Shown here: positions 9,465-16,643 of the stretch, piece after piece | How positions within the stretch are numbered: the first letter of the stretch is position 1 | Layout: each line of letters opens with the position of its first letter | Assembly: GCA_041483855.1 (NCBI GenBank) | Contig: JBGPGM010000001.1 | Coordinates: forward strand, 1-26,069 | Length of the DNA: 26,069 nucleotides | Direction of reading: 5' to 3' | DNA from: Phycisphaerae bacterium | Lineage (GTDB): Bacteria; Planctomycetota; Phycisphaerae; Phycisphaerales; UBA1924 | Made by a program: the position numbers and the translations under genes | The notes under the pieces: generated by a model | Databases searched by the model: none | What the model saw: the letters and a program-made list of their open reading frames with translations, nothing else | What the model was told of the DNA's origin: nothing

Positions 9465-11570
9465 ATGCCCAGGACCCAGGAACACCGCGCTATCGCCATC
9501 GCGACGCCTCTCGACGACGACGTGCTCCTGCTGCGGAGCATGACCGCCCACGAGCAGCTCAGCCGCCTCTTCACGATCGAACTGGACCTGCTCAGCGAGG
9601 ACCACGAGATCAAGTTCGACGACCTGCTCGGCCAGAACTGCACCGTCCGGGTCCAGCAGCAGGGCGGCGGCACGCGCTTCTTCAACGGCTTCATCAGCCG
9701 CTTCGTCCAGACCACCAAGGGCGGCGGCATGGCCCTCTACCGCGCCACGCTCGTCCCCTGGCTGTGGATGCTGACCCGCAACGCCGACTGCCGCATCTTC
9801 CAGGAGATGACCGTCCCCGACATCATCAAGCAGGTCTTCCGCGACCACGGATTCTCCGACTTCGACGACACGCTGCAGGAGACCTACCGCAAGTGGGTCT
9901 ACTGCGTGCAGTACCGCGAGACGGACTTCAACTTCGTCAGCCGCCTGATGGAACAGGAGGGGATCTACTACTACTTTCGGCACGAGGACGGCAAGCACGT
10001 GATGGTGCTGTGCGACTCCTCCAGCAAGCACAAGGCCGCGCCCGGCTATGACAAGATTATCTACCGGCAGCCGGACAAGGTCCTCACCGACCGCGAGTTC
10101 ATCCACGACTGGTCCCACGAGCAGCAGGTCCGCACCGGCACCTACGTCCACCGCGACTTCAACTTCACCACCCCCAAGCAGAGCCTGGAGGCCAAGTCCA
10201 AGATCGACCGCAAGCACGCCGCGGCCTCCTTCGAGGTCTACGACTACCCGGGCGAGTACGACGTGGTCGCCGACGGCGAGAAAGCCGCCAAGGTCCGCAT
10301 CGAGGAGTTGCACACACAGTTCATCCAGGTGCGCGGCGAATCCGACTCGCGGGGTATCTCGGTTGGCTCCACCTTCCGGCTGGATCGGTACCCGCGCGCC
10401 GACCAGTGCGAGGTCGATTGGCTCGTGACGTCCACGGTCTGCCGGGCCCGCTCGGACGAGTTCGAGTCGCACGCCGCGGTGGGCGACTCGGCCCCGCGCT
10501 TCCTCTGTTCGTTCACCGTAATGGACAACAAGGAACAGTTCCGCCCCGCCCGCATCACACCCAAGCCCGTGATCTACGGCCCCCAGACCGCCTTTGTGGT
10601 CGGCAAGTCCGGCGAGGAGATCTGGACCGACGAGCACAGCCGCGTCAAGGTGCAGTTCCACTGGGACCGCGACGGCGAGGCCAACGAGAAGTCCTCGTGT
10701 TGGATCCGGGTCTCGCAGGCCTGGGCGGGCAAGAAGTGGGGGGCGATCTTCATCCCGAGGATCGGACACGAGGTGATCGTCGAGTTCCTCGAGGGCGACC
10801 CGGACCGGCCGATCATCACCGGCCGAGTCTACAACGCCGACACCAAGCCCCCCTACGACCTGCCCGCCCACGCGACGATGTCCACCCTCAAGTCGCTTAC
10901 GAGCAAGGGCGGCGGCGGTTTCAACGAGTTCCGCTTCGAGGACAAGAAGGGCGAGGAGCAGGTCTTCCTGCACGGCGAGAGGAACCTGGACATCCGCGTC
11001 AAGGCCGACCGCTTCGAGAACATCGGGCACGACCGCCACCTGGTCGTCGAGAACAAGAAGTTCGAGCACGTCAAGGTGGACCGGCACGAGAAGGTGGACA
11101 ACGACCACGTCGAGGTGATCGGCAACGACCGCAACCTCCAGGTCAAGGGCAAGGAAGCGATCGAGATCTCGGGCAGCCATTCCAACACCGTCGGCGGCGA
11201 CGTGATCGAGATCTTCAAGGCCAAGCACCACGAGGCGACAACCGCCGACTACTACCTCGTGGCGGACAACGTGGCCATCGAGGGCAAGACCAACATCACC
11301 CTGTACGTCGGCGACTCCTACATCGCCATCAACGCCGACGGCATCAAGATCGCCACGACCGGCAAGATCGTGCTCCAGTCCTCGGACGACACGTCGATCA
11401 AGTCCGACATGAACTTCAAGACCGAGTCCGGCATGGAGACCTCGGTGAAGGCCGGGACGGACCTGAAGCTCGAGGGCGGCGTCACCGCGGAGATGAAGTC
11501 CCCCAACACCACCGTCAAGGCGGACGCGACGCTCACGCTTAAGGGCAGCGCCTCCGTGATGATCAACTGA
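9465..11570 (+). CDS. vgrG: T6SS spike protein VgrG/TssI (gp27-gp5 core plus long beta-helix; no fused toxin domain)
   Basis: Start moved to ATG 9465. Motifs YCVQYRETDFNFVSRLMEQEGIYYYF, EIWTDEHSRVKVQFHWDR, CWIRVSQAWAG, IPRIGHEVIVEFLEGDPDRPIITGRVYN and NEFRFEDKKGEEQVFLHGERN. Ends in a repetitive beta-strand needle (...KGSASVMIN). Confidence 0.97.
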   Translation: MPRTQEHRAIAIATPLDDDVLLLRSMTAHEQLSRLFTIELDLLSEDHEIKFDDLLGQNCTVRVQQQGGGTRFFNGFISRFVQTTKGGGMALYRATLVPWLWMLTRNADCRIFQEMTVPDIIKQVFRDHGFSDFDDTLQETYRKWVYCVQYRETDFNFVSRLMEQEGIYYYFRHEDGKHVMVLCDSSSKHKAAPGYDKIIYRQPDKVLTDREFIHDWSHEQQVRTGTYVHRDFNFTTPKQSLEAKSKIDRKHAAASFEVYDYPGEYDVVADGEKAAKVRIEELHTQFIQVRGESDSRGISVGSTFRLDRYPRADQCEVDWLVTSTVCRARSDEFESHAAVGDSAPRFLCSFTVMDNKEQFRPARITPKPVIYGPQTAFVVGKSGEEIWTDEHSRVKVQFHWDRDGEANEKSSCWIRVSQAWAGKKWGAIFIPRIGHEVIVEFLEGDPDRPIITGRVYNADTKPPYDLPAHATMSTLKSLTSKGGGGFNEFRFEDKKGEEQVFLHGERNLDIRVKADRFENIGHDRHLVVENKKFEHVKVDRHEKVDNDHVEVIGNDRNLQVKGKEAIEISGSHSNTVGGDVIEIFKAKHHEATTADYYLVADNVAIEGKTNITLYVGDSYIAINADGIKIATTGKIVLQSSDDTSIKSDMNFKTESGMETSVKAGTDLKLEGGVTAEMKSPNTTVKADATLTLKGSASVMIN

Positions 11571-11590
11571 CCGTCGAGGATCCGCGACCC

Positions 11591-11980
11591 ATGGAGAAGA
11601 AGCCCGGAACAGCCCTGACCGCCGTCGCCCCCGCCGCGGTCACCGATGCGCTGGACGCCGACTCGGCCGACCCCGGCGAGGTGGCCGAGGTCAAGGCCGA
11701 GCAGCGCAAGAAGCAATCGGGCAAGTACGGCTCCAAGCAGGTCCCCGCCTACAAGCCGCCGGAGGACAAGGAAAAGAAGACGACGTGGATCGAGATCGAA
11801 CTGGTAGACCGCGACGGCAACCCGATCCCGAGCGAGCCCTACCGCATCGAGGACCCCGAGGGCCGCATCGTGGACGGAACGCTCGACGAGAAGGGATTCG
11901 CCCACCGGGACTGGATCGTCCCCGGCACCTGCAAGATCAGTTTCCCGAGGCTCGACCAGGACGCCTGGGCCAAGGCCTGA
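11591..11980 (+). CDS. Small vgrG-linked protein with C-terminal transthyretin/prealbumin-like beta domain (putative adaptor)
   Basis: SD GAGGA at 11576-11580; 20 bp after the vgrG stop; strong C/G-ending codons. Ala/Pro/Lys linker, then WIEIELVDRDGNPIPSEPYRIEDPEGRIVDGTLDEKG..GTCKISFP, the pattern of TTR-like/carboxypeptidase-regulatory-like domains. Confidence 0.75.
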   Translation: MEKKPGTALTAVAPAAVTDALDADSADPGEVAEVKAEQRKKQSGKYGSKQVPAYKPPEDKEKKTTWIEIELVDRDGNPIPSEPYRIEDPEGRIVDGTLDEKGFAHRDWIVPGTCKISFPRLDQDAWAKA

Positions 11981-12103
11981 TCCGGCCCGCCCGCGTCCGG
12001 GGACGCCCGACGATCGCGCCGCACCGCATCGGCGAACCCCGACCCTCTGCCGCGACGGGCTCGCTCCCCGGCGAGCCAGCCACCCTCAACGGACGCCCAA
12101 CCC

Positions 12104-12847
12104 ATGGCCGAGACCAAGAAGCCCAAGGACGACGTCAACAACAGCCCCGTCAACACGGGCATCGAGAACGACCTCGCCGACGAGAACGGGGAGTTCTACT
12201 ACTCCGCGCACGTGGTCAGCCAGGGCGAGTGCCTCATCCGGGTGTCCGCCGAGAACGGCTACTGGTGGGAGACTCTGTGGAACCACGCGGACAACGCCGA
12301 GCTGAAGAAGGGCCGGAAGAACCCCAACGTCCTGCTCCCGGAGGACCGCATCCGCGTGCCCAAGGTCCGGCTCAAGACCGAGGACGGCGCCACGGAACAG
12401 AAGCACAAGTTCAAGTGCAAGATCGAGCCGTCGATCCTGCGGCTGCGCGTCAGCGTCTTCGATGAGCCGCTCGCCAACAAGCCGTACAAGCTCGAGGTCG
12501 AGGGCAAACTGTACACCGGTACCACCAACGGCGACGGCCAGATCGAGCAGAAGGTCCCCTGCCGCGCCCGCGCCGGCCACCTGGTCGTCGGCGAGCCCCC
12601 CGAGGAGCGAGAGTACGACCTGCAGATCGGCGACCTGGACCCGCTCGACACGATCGCAGGCATCAAGGAGCGCCTCAACAACCTCGGCTACGCGGCCGGG
12701 CCCATCTGCGATTGGGACTATTTCAACAACTGGCCGGTCCCCGCCTTCCGCAAGGCCCTCCGCAAGTTCCAGCTCAACCACGACCTCAAGATCACCGGCA
12801 TCGTCGACAAGATGACCAAGGACGCCCTCCTCAAGACCGGCATCTGA
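12104..12847 (+). CDS. LysM-like + TTR-like + peptidoglycan-binding (PG_binding_1-like) protein, no signal peptide
   Basis: LysM-like HVVSQGECLIRVSAENG...LWNHADNAELKKGRKNPNVLLPEDRIRVP (about 12209-12361). Beta domain LRLRV..DEPLANKPYKLEVEG...GTTNGDG (about 12434-12625). PGBD-like IKERLNNLGY...ALRKFQLNHDLKITGIVDKMT (about 12638-12835). Confidence 0.8.
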   Translation: MAETKKPKDDVNNSPVNTGIENDLADENGEFYYSAHVVSQGECLIRVSAENGYWWETLWNHADNAELKKGRKNPNVLLPEDRIRVPKVRLKTEDGATEQKHKFKCKIEPSILRLRVSVFDEPLANKPYKLEVEGKLYTGTTNGDGQIEQKVPCRARAGHLVVGEPPEEREYDLQIGDLDPLDTIAGIKERLNNLGYAAGPICDWDYFNNWPVPAFRKALRKFQLNHDLKITGIVDKMTKDALLKTGI

Positions 12848-12890
12848 GCCGGTGCCCGTCCCCTCCCCTCCCTGTCCGCGGAGCCCCTGT

Positions 12891-15752
12891 ATGCTCGCAC
12901 GCGTTGCCAAGAACGACTACGACAACGAGAACGGCAAGACGTTCACTCCCCTGGACCGGCAGAGCTACCTGCCGATCGTGGATGCGCACTGCCACGTCTT
13001 CGGCCAGAGCCTCTCCGTCGGCGACAAGATCCGGGACGACTCCGACGCGACCCACGTGACGTTCATCAAGGGCGGCTCGGGCGGCTCGGTCAAGAAGCTC
13101 TTCAAGCCCACTGTCCTGATCAAGAAGCCCCCGACCCAGGTCCAGAGCCTCGTCGGCGACGCCAAGTCCCTGGCGGACAAGGCCCCGCCCGGCCTCATGG
13201 ACAAGGCCAAGGGCGCCGCGTCTTCTTTCCTCTCCTCCGCCGGCAAGGCGATGCCCAGCGTGAAGAAGGAGGACCTCGAGAAGGCGCAGAGCGTCGCCAA
13301 GGAGTTCGCCGACCGTCAGATCGGCGAGGTCCTCCAGAAGGTATACGCCCGCGGCGTCATCGAACTCCCACCGTCGGAGTGGCCGCCGCAGGCCACCACC
13401 ACGCTGGTCGGCGACCGCGTGTTCTTCGTCGTGATGCTCTCGGAACGCGCCAAGATCCATTCCTACGGGATCGGCTCCGAGAAGGCGGACCTCACCGAGA
13501 TCGCCTGGCTGGTCGGCCACATGGAGGCCGGGTTCGCCAAGTTCATCAAGTACTTCTTCGGTGATGACGGCGAGAACGCCGGCATCGTCCTCAACGGCGT
13601 GCCCAAGGAGGGAGGGACCGCCGTCGTCCCCCTCCTCCTGGACATGGGCTACACGCCGCTGGACGTCCCGCTGCCGCTGTTGGGCACGCTGGCCGCGTGG
13701 CTCGTCGGCCTGCCCAAGCCCGCGCCGGACCCGGACGGCTACTACAAGGCCGGCAAGGAGTTCCTCTGGTTCGACCGCAAGGGGCTCCAGTACACCTACG
13801 AGACGCTGGCCGACGTCGCCAGTCAGTACCCCTACCAGATCTGGCCGATGGTCCCCTTTGACCCGCGCCGGCCCGACGCGCTGAGCCACGTGAAGAAGGC
13901 TGTCAACGAGTTCGCCTTCCCCGGCGTCAAGCTCTACTCCCGCTGCGGCTGGGCACCCTACAACAACGCCGACGTCCACGGCCCCACGCACGGGCCCAAG
14001 CTCGATCAGCGCCTCGACGCCTTCTATGCCTACGCCGTTCAGGAAGACCTGCCCGTTCTCAACCACACCAGCCCGACGGGTTTCCCGCCCAACGCGGCCC
14101 TGGCCCTGCCCAAGGGCTATGACGGAGCGGATATGTACCACAGCCGCCTGCTCTACCCCGGGCGCGTCGGGATCGGACCGCTGCCGCTGGGGGCTCTGGA
14201 GGGGATCCTCAAGGACGTCGGGCAAGGAATGCTCGATGTCGCCGGGCTCCCGCCTCCCGAGGAACTGCTCAAGCAGGCCAAGGCCACGGGCTCGAAGATG
14301 CTCCAGGACGTGGGCGACCTGGCCAACCAGGCCAAGGATTTGAGCCAGGAGCACTTCGACTCCCTCGTGAGCGCGCTGGACAAGGCCCGGGCCAAGGGGC
14401 CGGCCGAGATCGAGCGACTCACCAGCCTCGCCGATCCCTCCAAACTCTCCGTGCAGGCCGTCCGCGACCAGCTCTCCGAGTACATTGCTCCCGAAACGCT
14501 CAGCAAGATCGCCGACAAGTTCAACCCCAAGCAGTTTTTCGGCCTCGCGTCCTGCATCAAGGGCCCGGACTTCCATCCCGTCAAGAACATGATCGACCCG
14601 CAGAAGCAGAAGGAGAACGCCGCCATCAACGCCGAGCAGCGCCGCAGCCCGCTCAAGGTCCTCTTCGACGCCTGCTGCAAGATCCTGGCCTTGATGTCGT
14701 GCTACGACGCGGCCAAGTACTGCCACTACGTCCAGCACACCGTCTCGCCCTACGCCTGGGAACCCGTCCTCAAGAAGTACCCCAAGCTCCGCCTCGACCT
14801 GGCCCACTGCGGGTCCGAGAAGAGCGTGATCACCCACTATGGCCTGGACAAGGACGAGCACGAAATCGGCAAGAATCCTACCGCCGCGGCCAAGAAGACG
14901 TGCGACGTCCTCAAGGATCAGATCAAGGACCTGCACGCGAACCCGTTCGTCGCCACCGGCGCACGCTTCAAGGACTACCTTTTCGCCCAGTGCGCCAAGG
15001 AACGCGGCATCATCGCCCTCTTCCAATACTTCGTTACCAGCGAGGCCACCATCGACCCCGCCAAGAAGGCCGCGGATAAGGTCACCGAGATGCTCATGAA
15101 GGTCCTGCCCGCGGTCTTCGCCAAGGTGCTCAAGCAGTTCACTCTCCAGCAGATCTACGATGGCGTGCGGGTCCAGGTGCCGGAGGTCCTCAAGGAAGAG
15201 CTGTGGCAGCAGTGGCTGGAGGACTGGGCCGACAAGTTCCCCAAGGACTGGATCACCAAGATCAAGGAACTGTGCGGCAAGTACGACAACGTCTATACGG
15301 ACATCTCCTACCTGACGGGCACCAGCAACGATGTCCACAAGCTACTGCTCGCCAAGATCGCCGACGATGCTTGCCCCGACACGCATCGGCGCGAGGGGTC
15401 CGACGCCGGCGTGGAAGACGAGAGCACCGACGGCTCCACCAAGGAGACCATCTTCGCCGAGCGACTCATGATCGGCACCGACTGGTACATGACCGCCATG
15501 GACAATGTCGGCCCCGACACTTTCTGGGAGCGCACCAAGTCCGTCGTCAACACCGACCACCCGCTCTGGGAGCGCTGGGCCAGCCGCAACTGCATCAACT
15601 TCATGAATCTCGGCAAGCGGATGGACGCGATGGAGAAGTGGTACAAGACCCGCAACATCCCTGACTCCAGCCGTCCCTCCTGGTGGCCAGCCGTCAAGCA
15701 CTACTACAAGGTCAAGGAGGAGAAGGGCGCCGCGGCCGCGGCCAAGGTTTGA
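12891..15752 (+). CDS. Very large amidohydrolase-superfamily (Amidohydro_2-like) protein with multiple insertions; putative T6SS cargo effector
   Basis: Start moved to ATG 12891 (GGAG upstream). Motifs in canonical order: IVDAHCH (HxH at 12987-12995), PFDPRR, GVKLY (13923), PVLNH (H at 14064), KYPKLRLDLAHCG (H at 14805), NVYTDISY (15288) and LMIGTDWY (D at 15480). 953 aa. The effector role is inferred from position only. Confidence 0.8.
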   Translation: MLARVAKNDYDNENGKTFTPLDRQSYLPIVDAHCHVFGQSLSVGDKIRDDSDATHVTFIKGGSGGSVKKLFKPTVLIKKPPTQVQSLVGDAKSLADKAPPGLMDKAKGAASSFLSSAGKAMPSVKKEDLEKAQSVAKEFADRQIGEVLQKVYARGVIELPPSEWPPQATTTLVGDRVFFVVMLSERAKIHSYGIGSEKADLTEIAWLVGHMEAGFAKFIKYFFGDDGENAGIVLNGVPKEGGTAVVPLLLDMGYTPLDVPLPLLGTLAAWLVGLPKPAPDPDGYYKAGKEFLWFDRKGLQYTYETLADVASQYPYQIWPMVPFDPRRPDALSHVKKAVNEFAFPGVKLYSRCGWAPYNNADVHGPTHGPKLDQRLDAFYAYAVQEDLPVLNHTSPTGFPPNAALALPKGYDGADMYHSRLLYPGRVGIGPLPLGALEGILKDVGQGMLDVAGLPPPEELLKQAKATGSKMLQDVGDLANQAKDLSQEHFDSLVSALDKARAKGPAEIERLTSLADPSKLSVQAVRDQLSEYIAPETLSKIADKFNPKQFFGLASCIKGPDFHPVKNMIDPQKQKENAAINAEQRRSPLKVLFDACCKILALMSCYDAAKYCHYVQHTVSPYAWEPVLKKYPKLRLDLAHCGSEKSVITHYGLDKDEHEIGKNPTAAAKKTCDVLKDQIKDLHANPFVATGARFKDYLFAQCAKERGIIALFQYFVTSEATIDPAKKAADKVTEMLMKVLPAVFAKVLKQFTLQQIYDGVRVQVPEVLKEELWQQWLEDWADKFPKDWITKIKELCGKYDNVYTDISYLTGTSNDVHKLLLAKIADDACPDTHRREGSDAGVEDESTDGSTKETIFAERLMIGTDWYMTAMDNVGPDTFWERTKSVVNTDHPLWERWASRNCINFMNLGKRMDAMEKWYKTRNIPDSSRPSWWPAVKHYYKVKEEKGAAAAAKV

Positions 15753-15755
15753 TCG

Positions 15756-15828
15756 CTCGGGCGAGCCCCGCCGCCGAGCAGACGCGGGCATCCGCCGACC
15801 CCCATGGCGGACGCCTTCCGGGTACCAT
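15756..15828 (+). promoter_or_regulatory. Two hairpins plus a TAnnnT -10 candidate separating the T6SS block from downstream genes
   Basis: gctcgg/ccgagc stem (15755-15779), tccgcc/ggcgga stem (15791-15811) and TACCAT at 15823-15828. Confidence 0.3.
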
Positions 15829-15874
15829 TGTCTGTTGCCCGGCATCCCCGCGATCGGTCCAGCGGAGCCGCCCC

Positions 15875-16636
15875 ATGCCACCCTCACCCGTCCCCATCGC
15901 CGCCCCACGACCTGCCACCAGGCTCTACGACGGCGACGCCGACCTGCTCGTGCGCTCCGAGCAGTTCCCCGACCGTATCAGCCTGCTCAGTGCCGGGCCC
16001 GCCGGCGCGGGCGCCGCCTCCAGCACGCCCGGCGCCGAACGAATCCGCATCCTCTGGGGCCAGGACATGCTGCGCGACATCCTCGATGGGCGCTACCGGT
16101 CCGTCGTGTGCGGCGTTAACGACGCCGACAACTCCCACGGCGTTATCGCCCAACTCGTCAGCCTTGTTCCCACCAGCCAGTGGTCCGCGCGGGCGGTCAC
16201 CTCGTTCGCCAGGATGTTCCAGGAATCGGTGGCCGTGCACGCCGCGCACGACCGCGAGCCGTATGTCCTGAAATACGATCTCGATAGCCTGCTGATCCTG
16301 GCGCTGCTGCGCCCCAAGGGGCGGGACCATTTCACGATCGAGGATCTGTCGCGCGGTTTCGCCACGATCAGCCGGATGCTGGCGGACCGGCGCGAGCGGC
16401 TCCCCGTCGCGAGCGTTTCCTTCCTCAACGCCCGCGCCAACCGCCTTCTCGCCTCCGAGCCCGGCAAGCAGGCCGCCGAGCCTTCCTTCGAATCCGTCCT
16501 CCGCACCATGTACGACGCCGGGTTCCGCGGCGACGTCTACGCGGCCCCTGCCATGTGGCAGTTCGCCCACGTCGGTGTCTTCCCCTCCTACCCCTTCCCC
16601 GAGGGACTGGAACGGATGCGCAGCGGCAGTTCCTGA
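15875..16636 (+). CDS. Hypothetical protein, possible divergent macrodomain (DarG/TARG1-like) fold
   Basis: Start at ATG 15875 (GGAG 7 nt upstream). RIRILWGQDML...VVCGVNDADNSHGVIAQL and ...LPVASVSFLNARANRL follow the strand/loop pattern of macrodomains. The CDS is well supported; the fold is tentative. Confidence 0.6.
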   Translation: MPPSPVPIAAPRPATRLYDGDADLLVRSEQFPDRISLLSAGPAGAGAASSTPGAERIRILWGQDMLRDILDGRYRSVVCGVNDADNSHGVIAQLVSLVPTSQWSARAVTSFARMFQESVAVHAAHDREPYVLKYDLDSLLILALLRPKGRDHFTIEDLSRGFATISRMLADRRERLPVASVSFLNARANRLLASEPGKQAAEPSFESVLRTMYDAGFRGDVYAAPAMWQFAHVGVFPSYPFPEGLERMRSGSS

Positions 16637-16643
16637 ACGCCCG

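Noticed and set aside
6475-9465. 996-aa minus-strand ORF, and similar long ORFs at 2003-3610, 3556-5481, 9309-11231 and 12831-15338
   Set aside because: Antisense shadows of strongly C/G-biased real genes; the opposite frame lacks stops in high-GC DNA, and the translations show no motifs.
11568-11593. Stop-codon readthrough fusing vgrG to the next ORF
   Set aside because: The ORFs are in different frames, the second has its own SD, and I see no slippery sequence at the junction.
12058-12077. 7-bp hairpin ggctcgc/gcgagcc between the adaptor and LysM genes as a terminator
   Set aside because: No U-tract, and such stems arise easily at this GC content.
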